Both the position numbers and the translations under genes were made by a program. The notes below the pieces were generated by a model. That model saw nothing but the letters and a program-made list of their open reading frames with translations, searched no databases and was not told where the DNA came from. From a virus (taxonomy: Duplodnaviria; Caudoviricetes), in IMG/VR virus record IMGVR_UViG_3300049433_000104, positions 1 to 51,234 of that record: a stretch of DNA of 51,234 nt; one strand, given 5' to 3'. Below, piece by piece: positions 1 through 8,545 of this stretch. Position 1 is the stretch's first letter, and each line of letters begins with the position of its first letter.

Positions 1-824
1 ACGATGCCATCTTCCGGATAGAGGCTGGTCTTCTGGCCAAAGCCACCACCGATATCGCCGACCAGCACACGAATGCTTTCCTTCGGCCGCTTGAGGACAG
101 AATCCGCCAAAATATCGCGGGTCGAACCCGGCGTCTGCGACTGCACATGCAGGATCAGCCGTCCCGATTTCTTGTCGATCTCGGCGATGGTACTGCGCGG
201 CTCCATTGCGGAGGGGACGAGACGCTGGCTGACGACGTCGAGCGAGACCACATGCGCGGCCTTGGCGAAAGCGGCTTCAACCGCGGCCGCATCGCCATAG
301 CTCATCGCCGCCACGATATTGTCGGGCGCATCCGGCCAGACAACGGGCGCGCCGGGCTTGGTCGCCGCAATCGGATCGACGACGGACGGCAACACTTCAT
401 ATTCGATGGCGATGGCTTCAGCCGCGGTCTGAGCTGCGACGCGCGATGTGGCGACAACGGCGGCAACGGGCTCGCCGGCGAAGCGCACGATCTCGTGGGC
501 CAGCAATCGCCGTGGCGGCACCGTCATCGGCTTGCCGTCGGGACGCTGGAAAACCGCCAGCGTCGGAAGCGTGCCGATATCATCGGCGACCAGATCGGCG
601 CCGGTGTACACCGCTTCGACACCGGGCATCGCAGCCGCGGCTTTGGTATCGATCGACACCATCAGCGCATGGGCATGCGGCGAGCGCAGCACATACAGCC
701 ATAGCGCGCCATCTTCGGGCCTGTCGTCGATGAACTGCCCCTTTCCGGTCAACAGCCTCTGGTCTTCAAGACGTTTTATCGGCTGGCCGGCGCCGAAGTG
801 CATGTTGCCGGGCAGAATGTTCAT
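1..824 (-). CDS. Xanthine dehydrogenase/CoxL-family molybdopterin-binding subunit (5' part; runs off the window)
   Basis: Manual minus-strand translation MNILPGNMHFGAGQPIKRLEDQRLLTGKGQFIDD...LRSPHAHA...VRFAGEPVAAVVA...MEPR...DIGGGFGQK matches Mo-hydroxylase large-subunit motifs. Absent from the ORF track because there is no stop in the window. Confidence 0.9.
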   Translation of the reverse strand, partial: MNILPGNMHFGAGQPIKRLEDQRLLTGKGQFIDDRPEDGALWLYVLRSPHAHALMVSIDTKAAAAMPGVEAVYTGADLVADDIGTLPTLAVFQRPDGKPMTVPPRRLLAHEIVRFAGEPVAAVVATSRVAAQTAAEAIAIEYEVLPSVVDPIAATKPGAPVVWPDAPDNIVAAMSYGDAAAVEAAFAKAAHVVSLDVVSQRLVPSAMEPRSTIAEIDKKSGRLILHVQSQTPGSTRDILADSVLKRPKESIRVLVGDIGGGFGQKTSLYPEDGI

Positions 825-844
825 CAGTTTGTCCTTTTCAATTC

Positions 845-984
845 CGTCATTCCGGGATGCGCCTCTTGGCGCAGGCCCGGAATCCATAACCACGATCGGC
901 GGTTATGGATTCCGGGCTCGCTCGCGGAGCCTGTCATCGGGCCGCGCTTTGCGCGGACCCGTTGGCTCGCGCCCCGGAATGACG
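845..984. repeat. REP/RIME-like palindromic intergenic element with a nested second palindrome
   Basis: Terminal inverted repeat CGTCATTCCGGG...CCCGGAATGACG, internal CCCGGAATCCATAACC/GGTTATGGATTCCGGG, and a nested GAGCC...GGCTC unit at 927-968. Confidence 0.8.
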
Positions 985-1016
985 AACGTAATGTGTTTGA
1001 CGCCATCAACAAGTGA

Positions 1017-1892
1017 TCAGCCGATATCCCGCAATACCGCTTCGACCACCTTGCGTTCATCCGCCGTCAATGCCGCCTGCGGTGCAATGGGATCGCCGAC
1101 GTCGTAGCCCTGGATCGCAAGCCCGGCCTTGATGCAGGCGGCGAGATTATACTTCGCGAACGCTTCGTTGAGGCGCCACAGCCGGCGCTGCAGCTTCATC
1201 GCTTCGTCCCAGCGCTGCGCTTTACAGAGAGTATAGAGCTCGACGCTCTGGCGCGGAATAATGCAGGCCGGTCCCGCCATCCAGCCGACGCCCCCGATCA
1301 GCATCACCGCGGCCGGAATATGCGCCGACGCCGAGAATACGCTGATGGCATCGCCGCAGCGGTTCATGATCGACAGCAGCCGCCCGGTATTGGTCGAGGC
1401 GTCCTTGATGGCGACGATGCGCGGATGCGCGGCGAGCCTTGCGATCACGTCGAGCGAGAGATCGGAGCGCTGAAACTGCGGATTGGTGTAGATCACCACC
1501 GGGATGTCGACCGCGTCCGCAATGGCACGGAAGTAGGATTCGACTTGCGCGTCTTGAAGCGGAAAATACGCTTCAAGGATTGCGAGAATGCCGTCGGCAC
1601 CGAGCTTTTGATATGATTTCGCCTGCGCCACCGCGTCCGCGGTCGACGTCGAAGCAACGCCGGCGATAACGGGCACGCGCCGTTGCGCAGCTTCGATGGT
1701 CGTCTTCACCACCGCGGTGCGTTGCTCGGAATTCAGATAGGCGAACTCGCCGGTCGAGCCGAGCGGCGTCAAGCCGTGCACGCCGGCCTTGATCAGATCG
1801 TCGCAGAGCCGGCCGAGCACCTCGTTGCGGATGTGTCCGGCGGCATCAACGGGCGAGACCAGGTAGGGAAAGACGCCGTGAAAATCAGCCAT
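1017..1892 (-). CDS. Dihydrodipicolinate synthase (DapA/NanA) family protein
   Basis: GSTGE motif, YTNP, Schiff-base lysine in IKDAS; 291 aa. Confidence 0.92.
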   Translation of the reverse strand: MADFHGVFPYLVSPVDAAGHIRNEVLGRLCDDLIKAGVHGLTPLGSTGEFAYLNSEQRTAVVKTTIEAAQRRVPVIAGVASTSTADAVAQAKSYQKLGADGILAILEAYFPLQDAQVESYFRAIADAVDIPVVIYTNPQFQRSDLSLDVIARLAAHPRIVAIKDASTNTGRLLSIMNRCGDAISVFSASAHIPAAVMLIGGVGWMAGPACIIPRQSVELYTLCKAQRWDEAMKLQRRLWRLNEAFAKYNLAACIKAGLAIQGYDVGDPIAPQAALTADERKVVEAVLRDIG

Positions 1893-1953
1893 GGGTAGGA
1901 TCAGGTCTCAATTCGCTTGACGCGCAAACGAGGCGCCGGAACTCTATAGTTCA

Positions 1954-3255
1954 ATGACCGTTAGGGAGAAAGCCCCCAGAAATCGACCAATTCCGCGCCA
2001 CGGAGTCCCCATTAACACCCTCGAGTCCGACAACACCGAGCAAGCCGACCTGCGCGGCGGCCGTTCGCCGTGGTTTGCGCATGCCGGGCAGCGCACCCGA
2101 GCCGATGTAAGCGAGGATCTGAAGTGCGACGCGCTGATCGTCGGCGGTGGCATCACCGGATCGCTGATCGCCGAGCAGCTGACGCGGCAAGGCCTCGATG
2201 TCGTGATCATCGACCGGGAATTTCCCGGCCGTGGCAGCACGGCGGCAAGCACATCGATGCTGCTATGGGAAATCGACCGTTCCCTGACGCAACTGACCGA
2301 AATCTACGGCTTTGAGCGGGCGTCGCGCGCCTATCAGGCAAGCCTGCAGGCGGTGAGCGGTTTGAAATCGCTGGTGCTCGACCTCGGCGTCGCCTGCGAC
2401 ATGCGGACCAAGGATTCGATCTATCTCGCCGCCGGCAGCACCAGCAAGGAACTGATCGAAGAACACGCGCTTCGCCGGCGTGCCGGATTGCCGGGCGCGT
2501 TCCTCGACCACGCCATGCTGCTGGAGAATTTCGGCATCGCGCGCGCCGGCGCCATCGTATCGCCTGATGCGGCCGACGCCGATCCGATGCAACTGGCGCA
2601 CGGGTTGCTTAGGGTCGCGGTTTCCCGCGGCGCGCGCCTGTTCGAAGCCGAAGCAATCGAATTCGACGCCGCATCGCGCTCCGTGGGCGTGCGGTTGCAG
2701 AACGGCCGCCAGATCGAAGCGCGCCACGTGGTTCTCGCCACCGGTTATGTGATGCCGAAAATCATTCATTCGACCATCCAAACAGTGTCGTCGAGCTGGG
2801 CGATCGCGACCGCGCCGCAGCCGGAAAATATCTGGAACGGCGGCGCGCTGATCTGGGAGGACAGCAAGGACTATCTCTACGCGCGAACCACGGTTTCGGG
2901 CCGCATCATCATCGGCGGCGAGGACAGCGATGAAATCATCGAGCCGGAGGCGCGCGACGCGCTGATCCCGGAAAAGTCGCGCATCCTCGCACAAAAGCTT
3001 GCAGCGCTTTGGCCGCATGCAAATCGCGACATCGCGTATCGCTGGGCTGGAACGTTCGATACCACCAGTGACGGCTTGCCGTTGATCGGTCCGGTGCCTG
3101 GAAAGAAGGGCATCTTTGCGGCCTATGGTTACGGCGGCAACGGCATCACGTTCAGTTATCTCGCCGCGCAGTTGATCGGCGGGCTGATCGCAGGGGAGAC
3201 TTCGAAGCTGCTGAACGATTTCGCGCTGGATCGGGATGGAAAGGCTGAGGTCTAG
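1954..3255 (+). CDS. FAD-dependent oxidoreductase (DAO family); start uncertain
   Basis: IVGGGITG Rossmann motif, GRGSTAAS, DGLPLIG, GYGGNGIT. Confidence 0.9.
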   Translation: MTVREKAPRNRPIPRHGVPINTLESDNTEQADLRGGRSPWFAHAGQRTRADVSEDLKCDALIVGGGITGSLIAEQLTRQGLDVVIIDREFPGRGSTAASTSMLLWEIDRSLTQLTEIYGFERASRAYQASLQAVSGLKSLVLDLGVACDMRTKDSIYLAAGSTSKELIEEHALRRRAGLPGAFLDHAMLLENFGIARAGAIVSPDAADADPMQLAHGLLRVAVSRGARLFEAEAIEFDAASRSVGVRLQNGRQIEARHVVLATGYVMPKIIHSTIQTVSSSWAIATAPQPENIWNGGALIWEDSKDYLYARTTVSGRIIIGGEDSDEIIEPEARDALIPEKSRILAQKLAALWPHANRDIAYRWAGTFDTTSDGLPLIGPVPGKKGIFAAYGYGGNGITFSYLAAQLIGGLIAGETSKLLNDFALDRDGKAEV

Positions 3256-3271
3256 CACGACAAAAAATAGT

Positions 3272-3280
3272 CGCTCCCTA
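3272..3280. repeat. Degenerate copy of the att core / tRNA-Glu 3' end (CGCTCCCTA)
   Basis: Exact 9-bp match to the att core inside the 26-bp gap where base composition shifts from host-like to lower GC. Confidence 0.55.
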
Positions 3281-3281
3281 A

Positions 3282-5063
3282 TCAAATTCCGCGAACCGGG
3301 TACCGTTCCAAAACACGTTTTCCCTGTTGCACATGAGGTGTAACAGGAGCCCCAAGATCTTTTTTTTCGTTAGGAAGTTGAGGCGCGCAACCACCAATCG
3401 CGACGGCGCACTGCGAAAATTCGCGCGCGGTCATTTCTGCGAGATCACGCGGAAGGGCGTTGATCCACTGTGGCAGATCGTTGATCCGTTCAAAATTAAA
3501 ATTGACGCCCCGAACAGTTGAAACGCCTTTAGCAAGATCTGCAATTATTGGAAGCTTCGACGAACCGCCGGTAAGAAGCACATGTATTGGTACAGGGCGG
3601 CCTAACGCTCTTGTTGCATTCCGATATTCGTTAACATTTTCTTCGGTTAGCGCTGCTGCTAAAAGCTCATCACGCTGAGTTCGGAGGTCTTTACCCAACT
3701 CTTGATAGGATGCTTCTGCGATAACCTCTTCGAGAGTTAAAAGGCCGGATGCGCCAGGCCGCAGCGAAATTGCAACTGTTCCCTCGGTGAATAGTTGTCG
3801 CTTTAAGCCTCGAATTTGAGAATCCAAATCTGCCTTGATAATTGCAAAGTCCTCGGCATTCCATGGGCTGCCATTCTCTGGCTGTACGTTACAGGCTCGG
3901 AGCATTATCGGCCGAAGCGCATGATCAAAGCGATTTCCGGCGACTCGCGACATTCTCACTGCCGATGAAATAAGCGCCAGAGACGAAGTTTCAGTCTTGC
4001 GGTCGTAAAAACTTTGAAACAGCGCAAAATCCGTTGTGCCGGCTCCCGCGTCAATAACCAGCATTAACTGTCTCGCCTGCGGTGACACCGACGTGTCCAG
4101 AAAGTCTTCGAACTGCGTTGCGCCTGCAGCGACTGGCTCGCGAATAGACGCGTGAAGAGCTAGTATCGGCTCTAACTTAGAGACATCTTGTTTTTTCACA
4201 GCATCTAATACGGATTTGGCGCGGTGTGTCGTTAAGGTCGCCCACTCCTCGCTTAACGTATCAGCGACTATTTGTGCTTGTAGAAGCGCCTTTGCCAAAA
4301 CCCCCTGTGCCCATTTTGCGCGTTGCGCACTAGGAACGTCATCCACAGAATGTTCAAAGCACGGTATCGCGTATCTCCGCACGGCAGACCGTAAATCGGA
4401 ATATTTCGTAACGAGCTCTAGTGCATCAGCTTGCGCAGCAGCCGTCAGGGCTTTCAAGGCGAGATCTGTCAACCAAGCTAGATAGAGTACAAGTAAATCT
4501 CCCTTCGTAAGTCCTGAACCCGTAGGATCAATTCCATCGGTCAACGGAATCTCGGAAATATTGAGATTGGGCGCAACCTCGCTCAGTAGACGTTTGATGT
4601 TGTCAAATCTGTATCTACCTGTATGAATTTCAGCTTCCTGTTGGCGTTCTGCCGCATTGCCAAAAAAAATGGTGCCAACTTTAGTAATAAAAATCGAAGA
4701 CGGCACAGCAAGAACGGACTGACCATCTGCTTGTTTACCAAGGACTAGCGGCAAGGTTGCGATAGAGCTGGACATACAAGCCCAAGCTTTTGACATCGCC
4801 GTCCCAAAATCTAAACATATCCGCAAGGCCTCTTCCGGGATTGGTGAGCGTGTTAAGGCTGCTAAATTCAATTTGGCATCAACGACTATTGGCGCGGTCT
4901 GCCGAATCTCCGCTTCAATTGTAACCCCAGCAAGCTCGCGGAATGCCTCGACTTCATCCTTGGACAGAGTGCTTCCAGGAATTTGAAAGTAATCGCCTTC
5001 CTTGTGCAATCTATTTAGGAAGCTAGACACCAATGCTCGTGCAATTGCCTTATCCAAGATCAA
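3282..5063 (-). CDS. Hsp70/actin-fold ATPase, nucleotide-binding domain only
   Basis: Motifs in the correct order: CLDFGTAMSKA, FFGNAA, NIKRLL, EPVAAG, LVIDAGAGTTDFALF, AGNRFDHAL, VLLTGGSSKLP, AVAIGG. Ends about 30 aa later, so no substrate-binding domain. TTG start at 5063 or 5057. Confidence 0.85.
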   Translation of the reverse strand: MILDKAIARALVSSFLNRLHKEGDYFQIPGSTLSKDEVEAFRELAGVTIEAEIRQTAPIVVDAKLNLAALTRSPIPEEALRICLDFGTAMSKAWACMSSSIATLPLVLGKQADGQSVLAVPSSIFITKVGTIFFGNAAERQQEAEIHTGRYRFDNIKRLLSEVAPNLNISEIPLTDGIDPTGSGLTKGDLLVLYLAWLTDLALKALTAAAQADALELVTKYSDLRSAVRRYAIPCFEHSVDDVPSAQRAKWAQGVLAKALLQAQIVADTLSEEWATLTTHRAKSVLDAVKKQDVSKLEPILALHASIREPVAAGATQFEDFLDTSVSPQARQLMLVIDAGAGTTDFALFQSFYDRKTETSSLALISSAVRMSRVAGNRFDHALRPIMLRACNVQPENGSPWNAEDFAIIKADLDSQIRGLKRQLFTEGTVAISLRPGASGLLTLEEVIAEASYQELGKDLRTQRDELLAAALTEENVNEYRNATRALGRPVPIHVLLTGGSSKLPIIADLAKGVSTVRGVNFNFERINDLPQWINALPRDLAEMTAREFSQCAVAIGGCAPQLPNEKKDLGAPVTPHVQQGKRVLERYPVRGI

Positions 5064-5075
5064 TCTCCCACTGGA

Positions 5076-6488
5076 CTAATTTGCAGATGCCAAGCCCTTT
5101 AGAATAACATCTGATCCGCCATCATGTCGGCGACGCACGATCGGCTGACGCACAATTTTTACGGACCGCTCTTTAGGAAAATCCCCTGACGGGAGATCGT
5201 AGACATTTGGCGAATATTCGACGATGTCACCAACGCTTCCGATGGCGGCTAATCCGTGCTGCGACGCAATAGCTCGAACCGCCCGTTGCAGCGAGTCATT
5301 GTTTACATTCTCACGATTGTCCAGTGATAAACGAAACATTTCAGCTAGTTGGCGCACGAATGATTCCGCACCGACAGCAGAAAGAGCGGAGGACGACCTT
5401 TGTTTGCTTGTTCCACGTTCCATTCCGCGAATCCAATCCTGGATTTCTCCTGATAACCCAGCTTCGCTACTGACTATCTCCGTTATTCGATTTTTGTACT
5501 GTTCTTCATTATTTATTGCTTGTTTAAGTCTCTGCAGAAGTACTTCTGATCGTTGGCCGCCTCGCGCACGAAATACTAAGCCGGCGGTCAACTTATCAAT
5601 GATCGGTCCTAGAGCTGCATTTATAATCTCGGGGAAAGATCGCGGCGACCACCACCGATTTATGACTTGGACCAAATCATAAAGTTCAGGTTCGTCCATT
5701 ATGGTCAAACGGACGGCAAGAATTTCATCCAACAACTCAATCGCCGCCTTTGCCGTCAAGTCTAGTCCTTTCGGACGATTTTGCTTAGGTCCGAGGGAGA
5801 TCATCATACGGATAAGTTTTGCCAGTAATTGCCCGGATACAGGAGTGACAGTTAACTTCGAGCGTTTTGTTCGAATCCCCTCAACAAGAGCATCGCATAT
5901 ATCCTTCAGCCGTCCGGCGGCGGCTTCAAGATCTCGTGCAGCGACGTCCTGCAACCCGGGCTCATTAAGCAAACGCTCGATCCATTTATCAATTGACGGC
6001 TCTTGATGTGCAATCTCGCGGGCTAACGCCAATCGACAGCGCTGCGAACGCTCTTCGTCGCCGAGAGCCCTGAAGACGTAAGGTGACAACCATGGGCCGG
6101 TCGCGTCTTTAAGTGCCTCCGCAATATTTTCGCGAACCTCAGCCGGTTTGGCGCTGCCTGGAAGAGATTTTTTATCAGAAATCGTGGATAGCGCAGGTAA
6201 CGGCAGTGAAAGAGAGGCTCGCCTAACCTCGGACGCCATTGCTTGCACCCGCTTATTGTTCTTCATTGAAGCGGGAAGTCGAACGAGAAGGTCAATTGCA
6301 ACTAGCCTACTGGTATCATCTCCAGATCGTGCGATATGGCCTAAGCCCTCTAATCCTTGCTGTAGCCAAGAATAGAATGATTCACCGTTAGGCTTGGCCT
6401 TCGAACTCATCATTTGACGAGCCGAGGACCATTTTTCTTCTAGAAGAGTTGCTTCTGCGAAAGCACGGACTTGTTCGAGTGGATCCAT
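5076..6488 (-). CDS. Alpha-helical hypothetical protein with a GrpE-like C-terminal domain
   Basis: 470-aa lower-GC ORF ending 12 bp before the Hsp70-like gene. C-terminus GLAAIGSVGDIVEYSPNVYD...VKIVRQPI...VILKGLA resembles the GrpE beta domain. Confidence 0.6.
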   Translation of the reverse strand: MDPLEQVRAFAEATLLEEKWSSARQMMSSKAKPNGESFYSWLQQGLEGLGHIARSGDDTSRLVAIDLLVRLPASMKNNKRVQAMASEVRRASLSLPLPALSTISDKKSLPGSAKPAEVRENIAEALKDATGPWLSPYVFRALGDEERSQRCRLALAREIAHQEPSIDKWIERLLNEPGLQDVAARDLEAAAGRLKDICDALVEGIRTKRSKLTVTPVSGQLLAKLIRMMISLGPKQNRPKGLDLTAKAAIELLDEILAVRLTIMDEPELYDLVQVINRWWSPRSFPEIINAALGPIIDKLTAGLVFRARGGQRSEVLLQRLKQAINNEEQYKNRITEIVSSEAGLSGEIQDWIRGMERGTSKQRSSSALSAVGAESFVRQLAEMFRLSLDNRENVNNDSLQRAVRAIASQHGLAAIGSVGDIVEYSPNVYDLPSGDFPKERSVKIVRQPIVRRRHDGGSDVILKGLASAN

Positions 6489-6587
6489 CTAATAATTCCA
6501 AATTAGGCCGAGCGGACTCGAACTATGGATTGTCGCTATTGCAGCGAACTCCTCGACGGGAATGGCGCATAAGTCTTTGACAGTGCT

Positions 6588-6601
6588 TGGCGCTCCCTAG
6601 G
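6588..6601. repeat. Left prophage att core TGGCGCTCCCTAGG
   Basis: Exact 14-bp direct repeat of 49496-49509, the 3' end of tRNA-Glu. Confidence 0.93.
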
Positions 6602-6672
6602 AGGGCGGGAGCGCTTTTTTACTGCCAAATTCGACAGCGATTTCAGTCTACACGACGCCGGCGCCGGCGCAA

Positions 6673-6696
6673 TGTTGGACACTTTGTTGGACAGTT
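6673..6696. promoter_or_regulatory. Putative integrase arm-type sites (left arm)
   Basis: TGTTGGACACTTTGTTGGACAGTT, two TGTTGGACA units; 23/24 identical to 49396-49419. Confidence 0.7.
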
Positions 6697-6772
6697 CCCT
6701 TGCCGTTTTGTTCGCTACTTGTCCGGGGCCGAACGTTGCGCCGCGAGAGCCGAAACGCTTTGATCGCGCCCG

Positions 6773-7132
6773 ATGTCCGGCCGCACAAACTATCCCGTTC
6801 GCTTCCTAGGCGTCCAGCCGTTCCGTCGCATGCCGATCGCGCCTCTGTCCAACGTCGAAGCGGCCGAGCAGCTGGCGCTGGAACGCGACCTGAGAAATGA
6901 ACCGACGCCACTTTCAGGCGGCATGCGGAAGGCCCAGCACAAGGCGCTAGAGGCACAGAACAGCTTGCGCCGACGAATGCCGCGCCGGCACGGCCAAGCC
7001 GACGCCTTGCGGGCCTATGGCCTTTTCACCGCCACCTGCCCGCGGTGCCGCCATTCCATGTTCTTTGACCAGATCGACGACGACGACTTGGGCGCTATCC
7101 GATGCGACCGCTGCAAGCGGCCGATCTGGTAA
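6773..7132 (+). CDS. Small zinc-ribbon protein (start may be 6830)
   Basis: CPRC...CDRC pairs near the C-terminus; followed by a hairpin. Confidence 0.6.
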   Translation: MSGRTNYPVRFLGVQPFRRMPIAPLSNVEAAEQLALERDLRNEPTPLSGGMRKAQHKALEAQNSLRRRMPRRHGQADALRAYGLFTATCPRCRHSMFFDQIDDDDLGAIRCDRCKRPIW

Positions 7133-7136
7133 AGAC

Positions 7137-7173
7137 AAAAAAGCCCGCCACCGAGGGTTCCCGATGGCGGGCT
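7137..7173 (-). terminator. Intrinsic terminator ending the late operon (possibly bidirectional)
   Basis: AGCCCGCCA...TGGCGGGCT stem with a T-tract on the minus strand, between convergent genes. Confidence 0.7.
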
Positions 7174-7220
7174 ATCTTCACTCGGAACGTGGCAGAGACC
7201 TTTAAGCCATAGATGCCCGA

Positions 7221-7670
7221 TTATTCGACACGGAAGTTCAGCGTTGGCGTCTTGATGCAGAACAGCCGCGGTAAGATTGTCTGCAACAAATTGCACTGGA
7301 AACACACGTCGCCTTGATAAGTTACCTCAGGCGGCAGCTTCATCGGCGGCAACATGAATGCGCGCGCCAAGTGCGTATCGCCCTTGCTAACGGTCATGGC
7401 GGCCGGCGTGGTGTCATACGTGATCAGCTTTTCGCCTGTCCGGGCGTCCCATAGGGTTCGCTGTAGCGTTCCGGGGCAAAGTCGCGAAGGCGGTTCGGCG
7501 AATTTCCAGTCGACGACCACCATTGAATGCTGTGGCGCGGGATCGGGCGAAACGAAACTAAGTTTCTGATCATAGGAATACGGCCGCTGCGTATCGAGCC
7601 ACATCACACCGAGCCACCCGCCGAACGCCATCATTGCGAGTATGAAAAGAGCGAAGCGCAAGTGTCTCAT
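7221..7670 (-). CDS. Membrane-anchored hypothetical protein (lysis region)
   Basis: N-terminal TM segment FALFILAMMAFGGWLGVMWL; ATGA overlap with the upstream gene. Confidence 0.75.
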   Translation of the reverse strand: MRHLRFALFILAMMAFGGWLGVMWLDTQRPYSYDQKLSFVSPDPAPQHSMVVVDWKFAEPPSRLCPGTLQRTLWDARTGEKLITYDTTPAAMTVSKGDTHLARAFMLPPMKLPPEVTYQGDVCFQCNLLQTILPRLFCIKTPTLNFRVE

Positions 7671-8044
7671 TTGCTACCCGCAAAAAACATCTTTACCCTG
7701 TCCCATAAGATCAGGACGGTGGTCAGCCCGCCGACGATCGCGGCAATCCCCCAAAACAGATAGCGGCCGGTTGAGCGCAGCAGCAGATAAGCCTGCAGGC
7801 CCTGCACTTCCTCCTTTCGAAGATCTGCAAGGAACGCAAGCGTTTCTGGTTTTGCTTTGCTGAGAAAATCCTGCAGCGGCTTCTGCTCCGGACTTCCTAT
7901 CTTGCGCAGAATTTCAAGCCCGTCCGGGTTCATATCGCCGATGATGTCGGCCATCTCCAGCAGGTTTGCAAACCGCTGCGTCGTCATCATTTTTAGACGC
8001 CACTGAACGACAGCTTCTTCAGTCGCGAGGCCCTGATCCGGCAT
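7667..8044 (-). CDS. Hypothetical protein with a C-terminal TM helix (lysis region)
   Basis: YLFWGIAAIVGGLTTVLILW hydrophobic segment; in operon. Confidence 0.7.
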   Translation of the reverse strand: MPDQGLATEEAVVQWRLKMMTTQRFANLLEMADIIGDMNPDGLEILRKIGSPEQKPLQDFLSKAKPETLAFLADLRKEEVQGLQAYLLLRSTGRYLFWGIAAIVGGLTTVLILWDRVKMFFAGSK

Positions 8045-8059
8045 TTTCGATTTCCGCCG

Positions 8060-8545
8060 TCAGTTCGTCCGTGCCTGCGCGATGGTGGCCTGCACTTTCG
8101 TGACCGTGTTCGCCTTGGCGCTCTTTTCGACAGGGCGAAGGCCGAAGATCGCCAGCGGAATGCCGAAGGCGAGATAGTCGAACGGGAACGGCAACGGCGT
8201 CATTGCGATTCCGACAAACTTCGCCACGCCGGGCAGCGTGGCCTGCAGGACGACGCAAAACCAATAGAACCAGGCGGGCGCGGCGTATGCCGGCCTGATC
8301 CATGACGTGCGCTTGTCCTGCCGGTCGGCAAGGTTCTGCGTCGCCTGCAATTCGGCAAACCGGGCATCCGTCTTGAAACCCTCAAGCGTGATATCCGTCG
8401 CGGCCTTTGTGTCCATGCCGTGCTGATCGGTCAGCGCCTTTTGCTTGGCGGCCCAGCCGTCCGCAAGCTTGCCGGTGATAGAGCCGACCGCGCCAATGGC
8501 GACGCTTGCGCCACTGCCCATCAGCCACGCGGTGAGCGCGCCCAT
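8060..8545 (-). CDS. Putative holin (3TM / GTA-holin-like)
   Basis: Start reassigned to MGALTAW, which overlaps the upstream stop. SWIRP, TM segments and FGLRPVEK motif are typical of this holin family. Confidence 0.7.
   Translation of the reverse strand: MGALTAWLMGSGASVAIGAVGSITGKLADGWAAKQKALTDQHGMDTKAATDITLEGFKTDARFAELQATQNLADRQDKRTSWIRPAYAAPAWFYWFCVVLQATLPGVAKFVGIAMTPLPFPFDYLAFGIPLAIFGLRPVEKSAKANTVTKVQATIAQARTN

Noticed and set aside
73-1107. Plus-strand ORFs of 75-219 aa
   Set aside because: Shadows of the minus-strand Mo-hydroxylase gene and the palindromic repeat.
2263-3285. 340-aa minus-strand ORF as a third islet gene
   Set aside because: Antisense to the FAD oxidoreductase, host-like composition, no motifs.
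3282-6488. Canonical dnaK-grpE chaperone operon, or prophage cargo
   Set aside because: No substrate-binding domain, no dnaJ, highly divergent, and located outside the 14-bp att.
6505-6530. GTTCGAGTCC on the minus strand as a tRNA remnant
   Set aside because: The flanking bases do not form a T-stem and there is no cloverleaf.
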